From the human T2T-CHM13v2.0 reference genome, Homo sapiens, in NCBI RefSeq assembly GCF_009914755.1, contig NC_060928.1: 64,000 nt of DNA; one strand, given 5' to 3'. Shown piece by piece: positions 15,301 to 27,329 of the stretch (within the stretch, counting starts at the first letter, position 1; every line of letters begins with the position of its first letter). Below the pieces are notes generated by a model. The model worked only from the letters and a program-made list of their open reading frames with translations, was not told the origin of the DNA and ran no database searches. A program made the translations under genes and the position numbers.

Positions 15301-17349
15301 TGATGGAGTAGATTACATTTTATGTACCATTGAAACAGTTATTGATGCTTCTTTGATTTGGGGCAGCTTATAAAGAAGTCTTGTGTGCATCAAGAAACAC
15401 AGAAGGAAGCACTCGCACAAACACACACATACACACACACCTGACATATAAACATTTAATTACCCTTGCTGTGTAAATTCACTAAACACACTAAGAAACA
15501 GCGGATGGTTATTAATAGCTTATAGCTGATCTCTGTTTATGACCTAAACACCAAGGGAAAAATCTGGCAAATGAATTAATTTGTGTTGCTTATATATCTT
15601 TTATTAAATATACTTATTTGGTTGAAAATTTGGTTGGCTTTCTTCACTTATTATAAAACTAGAGTGCCCAAAAGAAACTAGGAATATGAAATATAACTAA
15701 AGCTCTAATTTGGTGTTCACTTTATTTCACAGAAATTACTAGTTTTGGTCAAAATTGTTGCAGTCTGAGAGAAGGCACTTCATGAAGACATAGATTATAA
15801 AGACAATAATTTTGAGTATTAGGTGTTCTATTTTTAATATAGTAATCAGTTTTATGTCCAGGATAATTATGAATGATACTTTTATTATTTCATAAGGTAT
15901 GTAGAAGATCAGAAGTACTATTTTGTTTCATCTATCATGTTAAAAACTCATTTCACATACAACAATACCCAAAAAATTAAGTGGCATTGTTTGATGAAAT
16001 TATTTTTCAAGGATATAACATTTTGCAGGATCCTATTCATGCATATTTTACCATCAATGGTAACTGATGCTTTGCAGCTCCTGCAATCTACCCTGCATTT
16101 GACTTTTAAATTCTAAGGTCTAAAAGTAAAATCTATTTATTTTTATTACCTAGGACATAATCATGCTGAAAACTAATTTACATTACGTAGTGATTTCCTT
16201 TCCTTAAATATTATTTGGTGATGGGGGCTGAACTAGAAAAGCAAAATGTACATCAACTTATAATCATTTAATTTACAAGTGAGAAATTTAACCTAAAGTA
16301 GCAAATAATAGGTAGTGTAATAAAATTGGCCTTAATGAGCTTTGCATATTTAATCTGTCCAAAGAACATTTCTTACAAAGCAAAGACAGAATAATATTGA
16401 CTATACTGCAAAGGCTAGATGACCTTCTGACTATATTAAAGTTCTACCCTCCCTGCCTTTATTTGAAGTAGCGTAATGCATTTTTCTTCAGGTAAAAAAA
16501 TACTAATCATTATTCCCTTTTCTAGAATTTTAAACATGCCTAGCTAAGCTCGTATTCTTTCTCAAAAGCACTAAACTTATGAAGTTAATTTAAAAAAAAA
16601 AGTCTATCCAGTTTGGGAATACTAACATTAAATCTACTGAATCATATTTTCAGATAAAAAACACTGAAATTTAAGTGTATAGACAGAACTCAGAAAGTAA
16701 AAACACTCAGTACTCTATATCTTAAAAATACATTTTTTTCAAGATATTAATGTAAAATTTGCATTGATGGATTTTAAAGCTACTTCTATTAGAAGACATC
16801 ATTTTCACAGCTTAAAGATCAATATAAATGACAATTAAGCAGGAAAAGTTATTAAAATGTTACTTTTTATGTAAGATTATATTAAATCTGTAAAATATAT
16901 TATTTCCCCATTTTCAAAGTAAAATTTGAATATTTAATGAAGAACAAGAGGATAAATCAATTTCAATATTTACTTTGAGAGCAAAAATATTCATGTACAG
17001 TTTGGATTTAGGTACTAAATTTATGACATTTTTATTGTAAAAGTTAATTAATAAGTAATAAATTAGTCATTAAAAATAATATAAAACATAGTTGTTTATG
17101 TAAAAATGGTTTTCTTTGAGAAGCTAAATTTAAGAGATCATTGTTTTAAGTTCATATCTGATCATAATAGTTGAGCTGTAGTACGAGAATTTTAGGTAAT
17201 GTTGGTAAGAATAAATAATATTGAGTAATTTAGAATTACAAAGCATTCTTGACCCTCTTAAGAAAATATTATTTCTGACTGAGTTTTTAAATTCCATATA
17301 GTCTTCATAAGAACAGACCTAATTGGATCTTCAAACAACCTCAGTCTTC

Positions 17350-17725
17350 TTTCTACCTGAAGGTCTTCACATAACTATTGTGTCATCATTGTATTCTATT
17401 TTGCCACTTCTCTTCATGACTCTGATCCATCAGGGGCTAAAGTAAGTATCACTTCCTTGCTGAAGAGTTCTCTGAGCATCTATTTCCACTTTCTCAGGAT
17501 CAGTTTAGTCCCTCTATTACACACTCTCTAAACATCATGACTTTGATTATTATTGGTGACACTTATAAAATAAAATATATTTTATTAATTTGTATTATAT
17601 TAAATTTCTTTCACTTTTCTACTATAACTGTAAAGGCTCATAATATCAGAGATTTCTTTCACCTTTTCTAGCTCTGAATCTATGACTAAACGTTCACTAA
17701 GTAACACAAATTTTGAATAGAATTA
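17350..17725 (+). mobile_element. Degenerate L2 fragment
   Basis: tatcacttccttgctgaagagttctctga..ctataactgtaaaggctc..aaattttgaatagaat loosely follows the L2 3' consensus. Confidence 0.4.
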
Positions 17726-19774
17726 TTTTATTTCAATAGTTTAAATATAATTCTGGTGTTGATAGATTATGTATATATCTATTTATAAATTATATAACAG
17801 ATTGATGGCCATGTGTATATTTAAAAAACCATCATTTCAACTATTTTCAGCTTACTTGAATCATGTTTTATTGCTAACCATAATTCAAAAGCTGCCATAA
17901 ATATTCTCTGGACTTTTTGGTTTAAAATTTGACTTCTTTTAGAAGCTGTGGCTCTTATGCCATCAGGATTCATAGTGTGAGTGAAAATATATAGTACCTA
18001 TGAATCACTAATCAACACTGATGAAAATGAAATATTAGGGAGTCCCAAATTCAGATTCTTTGCTCCCAGCTACCCTCACCACGTTGCTTGGAAACTTATC
18101 CTGCAAAACTTCATTTTAAAATCTCCCCTAGATAACGCTATTCCACTGAACGTCAGACCTCAGACCTGCCCTGTAGCTGAGCATTCCATCCTGTTCATCT
18201 CACTTTATCTAGTTTATAGATTTGTTATATACTGTTGTGAAGGTTATTACACAGTGTTTCTACTTTTTGAACACTTTGCCTCCAATATTATACATTGTTG
18301 AACTAAGAGCAGGGACAGTGTTTGATTCAATTCTATATATCTCACAAATCTTTCATTTTAAGTAACTAAAAACTGTACCACTATTTTACAGAATGAAAAA
18401 GAATTATCTAGATCAATTTTATAAAAAAAACATAATTATTAAAATTGTATTTATTAGCATGCTTTTGAAATTCCTGATTTACTGATTCATTGTGAATGCT
18501 GGTAACTTATTCTTACAGGTCAGTAATAGCGAAATGTAGTAGGCTTCCAATGTTTGAATCCATGCCCCTGTTTGACAGTAATGAGAACCTCATCCAAGAA
18601 CATTAATTTAATTTCATCTGCCACATCTCAATAGTTTTAATGGAAAACAATTAATTGGATGACCCTTTATTTAGTAGAATAACGTAATGCAGAACCCAAT
18701 CTAGATTCACAGACAGCTTTTATAGAAGGGGTTGAAGTGATGAGATCCCACCTCCTCCTCTATTTCCTAAGATAGCAATCTCTCTTCCTTTTTACAAAAT
18801 TCCTGCTAATCAGAGGCTATCATACAATGAAAAAAAGGAAAGAACGTGGAAACAATAGAATAACATATAGCAAATAAATTAAATTTCTTCTAGTAATGCT
18901 CCACGATGGAACACTAAAACTGATGTCATCATTTTGGAACCACATTATATATTACGACTGATGATTCCCTGCTTCTTTGTACCTGACACCTTACTAATCA
19001 CCTTTTATTTCCCCCATATGTAGCTTTTAATCCAGTCTCCGTTGTTCTTCTCTGTGCTCTTTTAAATGGCATTGCTCTCACAAAGTCTCTATTCTAGGTT
19101 AAAATTAAAAGAATGAACAATTTTTGCTAATTTTCTCTAATAACATTTATTGGTCTTTTATATAATAACATTTTTGAAAGACTTCTTAATCTTCTTTTCA
19201 ATTAACGACATATTTAGTTCAATTGTGTAAATGAATTATTTTTATAAAACATCAATTTCTTGATATCAGTACTTATTTAAAAGCGAATTTCACTATTTTA
19301 CATTACTACCAAATTTAGTAACATACTACATATTATTGTGTATTTTTTGTCAAATTTCTATTAGTGATGTGTATTTAGTAATATAAGAATATATTTGTAT
19401 TCATTTGTAATCTTTATAGGTTTTACTTTATAGGTTACTATAAAGTAAATCCCTTTATAGGTTTGAGAAAATTAAATAGTTTGCCTTTTCCTCAGAAAGA
19501 CTGGTTTTTAAACAATGCAATGAGATAATTTTCTAAAGTAATTGCATATAGCTTGTTTGAGTGACTTAGAAATAAATGGCAGAAAGTCTCCATCAGCTTT
19601 TTATTCATGACATTATCCAATATGTTCACTGCCATTCACTGATAATGTCACAAATCACTCTGTTACCTACCACTGGCTTCCATTCAGGATGTTATTACTT
19701 ACTCTCACATTTCTGCAGCCACTTATTATATAATTCAGTGGAGGGTAACCAACATATTTGAAAGCTTTCCCTTT

Positions 19775-19804
19775 CACCCCGCCCCTTGATTGACAGAATT
19801 CCTG
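19775..19804. promoter_or_regulatory. Candidate TF motif cluster: GC-box, PBX-MEIS/PKNOX decamer and ETS/TEAD-like site
   Basis: CACCCCGCCCC (19775-19785), TGATTGACAG (19787-19796) and AATTCCTG lie back to back; motif match only. Confidence 0.3.
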
Positions 19805-22109
19805 ATTTCTATTAGGACTGGACTCATTTGTATGTAAAATATTCTGTAACATCCAATTGCTTGCATAAAAATTTAAAACAAACAAGAATCAGTGCAATTT
19901 TGTCCTAGTTTCAAGTGACAAGTACTGGATGTTGCACACATTGAAGAACCCGTCAGAGGAATTTTTGTGTATATGACTATTTTAAAAGAATTTAAGAATA
20001 TGTATTTTAACTAAAATCCAAAAGAAATATTTTAAGAGAGGAAATATCAATAACAGGGGCATCCTGGATTATTTGATTTTCAGGCTTGAAGGTAAACATA
20101 ATTCAAGTGACAGATGAATGTACGCCTCCAGCTGTACCTCTGAACATTGAACTGCATAATTTTTAATGTGACAGCAAAAGGTTGGATGCCTACTGACTGT
20201 ATAGTTAAATAACACAATCTATATTCACAGCTTGCAGATAGGACAGTTAGATCACAGAAACCATTCACTTACTAGTATTTTAATGTTTTATTTTTGCAGC
20301 CTTCTTACATTGTATTACAATTTAGGAAATATGCTTTATTTTTCATTCTAGAAAACAAGTGTCTCATTGGTAATAACCACAGCCTAGACTATATTACTAA
20401 AACAACAGAAGGCAAAGCTTGCGTATTAAAATAATGTATATATTCACAGTTTTTATGTTGTTGAAAGTAACTAAAGATTTTTACCCAAAGTTCCCCTTGT
20501 TAAAAATTATATCATCTAAAAAGATTAAAATTGGACCCTCAACAGCAGTAATGTTATATGCTTTTTAAAGCTTAGAAATATAATGTCCAACTATGAGAAT
20601 AAACTGAAAAGTTCTATCGTTTAGGAAAGAACACACTCTATAAAGCAGTCTAATTAACCACAAGAAATGTGTTTGACTATAGATTTTATTTTACATTTAG
20701 CCATTTGGATGGTCTTCAAAAATCTGGTGATTCATTGGGGAAAACGGCAATGACTGAGTTTAATAACTAATTAATTGAGCTGCAGAAACTGACTAAGGAT
20801 TAACTTCCAACATAACTCTCAAATGGAGCGTGAAGTAACACAAAGAACAAGTGGATACATTCTAGAAATATTTAAAAAATAAATTCAAAAGGGCTTAAGC
20901 ATTTCAACTGGTTCCCCTTCTAAATCATAACTTCTCTGATTTCATACTATTGAATAGGTTATTTTGATGTCAATTAAATATAACAAACCCTCTCTATCTG
21001 CTTAATGTGTGTGCATATGTAAAGCACTGATGGATAATTGTAATGACATCACCAAAGCTATTAACCAGCAATTAGGTAAAATATTACACTGTGGAAGTAG
21101 AAAGGCATAGCCAATTGTCACTTATCACCCAACATCATCTAAGTATCTATGATATATCCAATTACTATGTTGCCTAGAAACATTTTATAAACTATTTTCT
21201 ACTTACTACATGTTTTACTGGCCCTGTAAATACTATAATCATTTTGGGGAAAAAAACCAGGATATATAATTCCGTCAAATTCTAAACATTAGGTAGAGCT
21301 AGGTTGTCAGATTTCAGTTATTCATGCTTAAGTATCAAATAATGATTTTTAAGCCATTTATTTTATTTTCAAACTTTGAAATCTTAAATAATTTAAATGT
21401 GAACGTGTGAAAAATAGAATTGTGAGTTTGTACTTTTGTTTGTTTATTTGTTTGCTGTTTTGGTAGCATATCCTTTTTATCAGCGAAGTTTTTGCTGCCA
21501 GAAACAGATTAAATGGGAATTCGCTTTTGCCATTTTTTCATTCACCTCTCATGTTTTAAGAAGTGTAAGGTATGAAATATGCTGATCTTGTGCTCAAGTA
21601 ATGTGTCAATTGTGAAGGAAGGTGACCAAATATGCAAAAGGTGAAGCTTAGAAAAAATTAATTGTAATTGTGATACATAGCTTCTCAATACATGAGCTGA
21701 GGAAATCTCAGCATAGAGAGACATCACATTGGTAGAAATAATCAGAAAATATTTTGTGAGAACTACGACCTAATGGAAATTGTACACAGGTAGCGATAGT
21801 TAATCCATAGATTAGATACTCTAGAAAATAGGGCAAGTAGAATTTTACCATAGTGGTGAGTTAGGAAATACATTTGCCTGCTATTGACAAATTCCAAAAG
21901 TAATAATGGTTAAAATTAGGTAGAAGTTATTTTCTTCTCAAGTTAAAAAAATAAATAAATAAATAAAGAGCACTGAAAGCTCTGTTCATTTCAGACAAAA
22001 CGCCAGACACAGAAGTCACAGGTTTCCATATACTGCTTAGTTAGCTTTCAGGATTGTGTAAAGTGCAATATTTATAATCAACTACATATTAAATAGTATT
22101 CTGCTTTCT

Positions 22110-22393
22110 TTTAGTTTAATCTTATTCTATTTCCCACACTGGAGTGCAGTGTCAAGATCATAGCTCACTGAAGCCTCTAAATCTGGGCTCAAGTGGTACT
22201 CTCACCTCAGCCTCCAGAGTAGCTGAGACTACAGGTACATGCCACCACATTCAGTGAATTTTATTTTTATTTTTGTAGAGACAGGGCCTTGCTCTGCTGC
22301 CCAGGCTGGTCACAAACTCCTGGCCTGACGTGATTCTCCTGCTTCAGACTCCAGAAGTACTGAGATAACAGGAGTGAGCCACTTCACCCAGCC
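22110..22393 (-). mobile_element. AluJ
   Basis: gatcatagctcactgaagcc and ctgggctcaagtg are J-type; TSD ttctgctttct at 22099-22109 and 22394-22404. Confidence 0.9.
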
Positions 22394-22446
22394 TTCTGCT
22401 TTCTGATCAAAGTCTGATACAGAATTTGAAACCAAAAATTATTTTA

Positions 22447-22755
22447 GGCTGGGCATGGTGGTTCATGCCTGTAAACTTAGCACTTTGAGAAGATGAAGCA
22501 GAAGGACCACTTGAGCCCAAGAATTGGAGACCAGCCTGGGCAACAAGGGAGACCCCATCTCTACAAAAACATTAAAAAAAATAGTTGGGTGTACCAGCAC
22601 ACGCCTGTTGTTGCAGCTGCTTGGGAGGCTCAGGCAGGAGGACTGCTTGGGCATAGGAGGTCAATGTTGCAGTGAGCTGTGATCTCATGACTGTACTTTA
22701 GCCTGGACAACAGAGTGAAATTCTGTCTTAAAAATAAATAAATAAGTAAAAATAA
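22447..22755 (+). mobile_element. AluJ
   Basis: ggctgggcatggtggttcatgcctgtaa..cacttgagcccaagaatt..gcagtgagctgtgat followed by an A-rich tail. Confidence 0.9.
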
Positions 22756-23986
22756 GATAGATTGTTTCAGGAAAACAGAATCATACAAATTAGTTCACTG
22801 AATAGGTTTTGGATTATATGGAATGAGTTCTCTAATTTAATTTGACTACAAATTATATTAAATTTTGATTTTAGTAGATCATTGATGACCTCATTTCCAG
22901 AGGAAAAGTGGACAATGTATTGGAAAATCATTAAATTATTACCTGTGGATACTTATAATGAAATTATCATTGAAAATGAGGCTTGGGTTAAAAAATAGTC
23001 ACTCTCAGAATATTTTTGCTAAAATAATGAATATAATGCAATTGGTTGCTTCTATGTTCACTGGAGAATGTGGGGAAATAAAATAATAAGCTCAGTGCTT
23101 TAATTTTTAAGATAAAATATTTGAGTAAAGAACAACAAAAGGTCTATGATTGTGCTTAACAGTCATTATTGGCTGTGGCTGCAGGGCTGATATTGCTCAA
23201 ATCCATAGTTAGAGTGTAATCCTATAGGTGGCTGAGTTACAATACAAATTGAATTTACAACCTTGCTAAGTCTATTATTATAAAATTAGAACATTGGGAA
23301 GGAATGGAACCCTGAAAACTGAAATGAGAGCATGTGGGCAGATTCTTATCAAATTGGAGATATTAAAGTCACAAATTCCTTCTGATTTTCCTGGTCAATA
23401 AAACCAGACTTTTTTCCTTTCCTTGAGGAATTTAGTCTGCCGTTGTCTAAATAATCATTAAATTCCTTCTGTGAGGAAGTTGCCTACTGGAATGTTTCTG
23501 ATCATCTTCTGGACCCATTCATATAGGCTCTTATTGCCTCTAGTACCTTTCAGCAGATTCAAGTGCCAGCATGTCCCAAAGGGAAAAGTAAAATATGGAA
23601 CCCATCAGGCATATTATGACAAGTTACCTCAATAAAAATGGGGAGAAATGTTCAGAAAGAAATCTTAAGGGTATTGTGTTAGAGTAAAATCAGTGCAGTG
23701 TTTTATCAGGTTGAAATCATTGATAGGGATACACTGATAAGGCATTCTAGGTTTATCATGTTAGCTAGAGTGAATGGGAGTGTCTCTCACAGTTTGATAT
23801 GCCAAATAAAACCTAGACCCAAAGGTTACCTATATTAAATAAAAGTAAAATGCTAAATATTTCTTAGCATATGGTAAAGAAAGTCCCCAGAAGACTGGGG
23901 ACACTAGAATGTTAGAGTAGATTTATCATGCAATAACCCCAAACTATGTCCTTTGGAAAACTTCAGAGAATACTGCTTTGTAAAGG

Positions 23987-23988
<2 letters not shown>

Positions 23989-24060
<72 letters not shown>

Positions 24061-24130
24061 TCTCAAAACCTATATATATATATATATATATACCTCAAAA
24101 CCTATATATATGTATATATGTGTGTGTATG

Positions 24131-24169
<39 letters not shown>

Positions 24170-24230
24170 AGATATATATATATATATATATGTTTTTTTT
24201 TTGAGATGTAGTCTTTTTTTGTGTGTGTGT
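23989..24230. repeat. Compound microsatellite (TA)n(GA)n..(TA)n(TG)n(TA)n
   Basis: Directly visible; the unit ctcaaaacctatatata occurs twice within it. Confidence 0.97.
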
Positions 24231-24510
24231 GATGGAGTCTCACTCTGTTGCCCTGGCTCGAGTGCAATGCCATGATCTTGGCCCACTGCAACCTCCACCT
24301 CCAAGATGGAAGCAATTCACCTACCTCAGCCTCCCAAGTAGCTGAGAATACAGATGCCACCACCACACCTGGCTAAATTTTGTATTTTCAGTAGAGACAG
24401 GGTTCCTCCATATTGGCCAGGCTGTTGTAGAACTCCCAGCCTGAAGTGATCTGCCCACCTAGGACTCCCAATGTGCTGGGATTTACAGGCATAAGACACT
24501 GCTCCTGGCC
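24193..24510 (-). mobile_element. AluS
   Basis: gatggagtctcactctgttgccc..cactgcaacctccacctcc..ctgaagtgatctgccc..ctcctggcc. Confidence 0.9.
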
Positions 24511-24979
24511 TTGATAAATATATTTCTAAGAAGAATCCTAGCATTCTCAAACTCCAAATTGTCTCTTCTCTGTAGTCCAAAATTTATTTTCTCTTCTCTG
24601 TAGTCCAAAAATTATTGTGCAAAAATTTGCATTTGAACTACCTAACTCCTTAAATTTAATTCAGAGGATGGCCCCCTGTGTGGCAAGGGCCAAGTGGTAG
24701 CATGTAATTGTCAAAGATAAAGTAGTTGTAGTTACTTTAATGGAAAGCACATATACACCACAACCATAATGATTTGCCCTGCAGAAATATTTGACATTGA
24801 CTAACTAACCATGGTGACCCTAGAATTGGAATAAATGGTCACCTTACATCTTTCTTGAGTTATATAAATAGAAAAGATCTTGATCTGGTAAACACAAGTA
24901 TGAGTAAATTACTACAATAAAGAGTCACAAACCCTCAAAATATTTTCAAATTTAAGGCAATTCACAGCACAGAAAGTAT

Positions 24980-25270
<291 letters not shown>

Positions 25271-25536
25271 ACAGCACAGAGATGATTGAATGAAGAGGAG
25301 GTTTCATCCTCTTGAGGGAGTATCCTACACTGACAGAAATTTATAATGTAAGTCTTCTTTCAGCCTTCCCTTAAAACAACCTCACATTATTCATCAAGAT
25401 GGCTGTATACTGAAGAAAGGAAATAATCAGAATATTGAGGCCCACCTAATACTGGTTTTAAATTGAGGCCCCAAATATCTCTATAGTGTACTAGTCAGAA
25501 CACAAGTTAATAGAAGTCAATCATTCAAAAGAGTTT

Positions 25537-26001
25537 TGTTGAGACCAGCTCAGTCGTGGAGACCCTAACCCAGTGGTGCTAGAGAAATTAAAGGCACACA
25601 TACAGAAATGTAGAGTGTGGAGTGGGAATCAGGAGGCTGACAGCCTTCAGAGCTGAGAGCCATTTACAGAGTTTTACCCACATATTTATTGACAGCAAAC
25701 CAGTGATAAGCATTGTTTCTATAGATTATAGTTTAACTAAAACAGGAAACAAAGGGATGGGCTCTGGATAGTTATCTTCAGCAGGAACATGTCCTTAAGG
25801 CACAGACCTCTCATGCTATTGTTTGTAGTTCAGGAATGCCTTAAGTGGCTTTCAGCCCTGGGTTGCCCTCATTCTGGTAAACGAACAACCTTCAGCGTGG
25901 GTGTCATAGCTGTCATGAGCACGTTACAGTGCTGCAGAGATTTTGTTTATGGCCAGTTTGGGGGCCTGTCTATGGCCAGATTTAGGGGCCTGTTCCCAAC
26001 A
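25537..26001 (-). repeat. 3' LTR (MER9)
   Basis: The reverse complement starts TGTTGGGAACAGGCCCC and ends GGTCTCAACA; preceded by the PPT AAAAGGGGGAAA (26002-26013). Confidence 0.93.
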
Positions 26002-26049
26002 TTTCCCCCTTTTTGTTTTTGCAAGACGATAAAAGCAAATGTGGCTTTA

Positions 26050-27310
26050 TCACAGTGAGCTACTTCTTGCAGGAGTTGGGATCCACGTGTACAGACTATA
26101 CAAAGACAAACAACATAGATTAAAAGCACAATCATCATTGCCATCACAGAGCCTCCAATTGCTTTTATCCATTTTAATGGGTTAATAGCTGCTAATCTGT
26201 CTGCAGCTCTTCAAGCACTCCAGTTCCTGGCATTAAGGTCAGGTGTGCCTGGGATGCTTTAAATATTTGTTCTTTTAATTTTGCAATATCCAAAGACAAG
26301 TTTACAGAGTGTCCTTCTAGATGCTTTTTTATTCTTTCCCAAATTTTGATCTTATTAACAGCCATTAATAGTTTCCACAAATCCTTATGTTTAGCTCCTA
26401 GAGCGGGCCACATCATTTGAGGTTGAGGTGCCACTATACCTCCATGTTTCCTGATAATTGGAACTCTTGCCATACTTCTTACCATTTCTACCATATGACT
26501 GTTTTGTTCAGACCAGGTGAACACAGTGTGTCCATGGCACACAGACTAAGAAGTGCAATTCAAGATAAACATTCCCTCAGGAGACCAGTTAATAATGATT
26601 CCATAGGAATCGTCGCACAGCACCTCTGCCTGTTCTGCAATGCAATCTTCCCAAACAAGGGCATTCATTTTTTTCTGACCAGGTCCAATCCTGTTTACAA
26701 ATAGGTTTTTGAGGGTGGTATGCCTCAATTATAGGAGCAGATTTATTATGGTAAATACTGAGACCACAAAGTATGTGTAACTGTGTCATCCAGGCATTAG
26801 TGCCAGTCAAGATTGATAGCAAGGGGGTAGGCAACTAGTGGCCTTTCCCAAACAGATAGGCAGGTGTTCAAATCCTAAGGAAATATTCGTAACAGTTCCT
26901 TCCTCATGTGGGCGAGATGGGCCTCTATCATCTAAAGGACCAAGCATCCAAGAGCTATCATGAGTATATACCTCCATTAGGGGTCTAGCGAAGTTACAGG
27001 CCATAGAAGTGGTGGAAAAGGTAAATATCCCCAATAACTATAATTGTTCTCTGTGCCAGCCCTTGCTAAAGGAATACTCATGGCAATGGTGATCACCGCT
27101 ATCATAGCTATCATTAAATTACTCACTGTGACTGGTTGTCCCACTTTCCTCAGGTTTTCTTCTGCCATCTGTGACAGCTTCTTGATCTGTCCCCAGGTAG
27201 GTGGCTATGTTCGATGGGTGTTGCTAATGACAGTTGGGGTCCTCCTCAGTGTCAGTCTCAACATGGCTGCAACTGGGGGATCTTTGGGATCCTTCCAAAA
27301 CCTCTTCCTG
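26050..27310 (-). pseudogene. env: HML-3 env remnant with large internal deletion
   Basis: Leader PPTWGQIKKLSQMAEENLRK, signal peptide LMIAMIAVITIAMSI, SU start YSYWGYLPFPP and TM segment [27 protein letters not shown]; frameshifted. Confidence 0.85.
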
Positions 27311-27329
27311 GGTATCTGGCTCATGACAA

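Noticed and set aside
23946-24366. YIYI/RERE/CVCV ORFs
   Set aside because: Translations of microsatellites.
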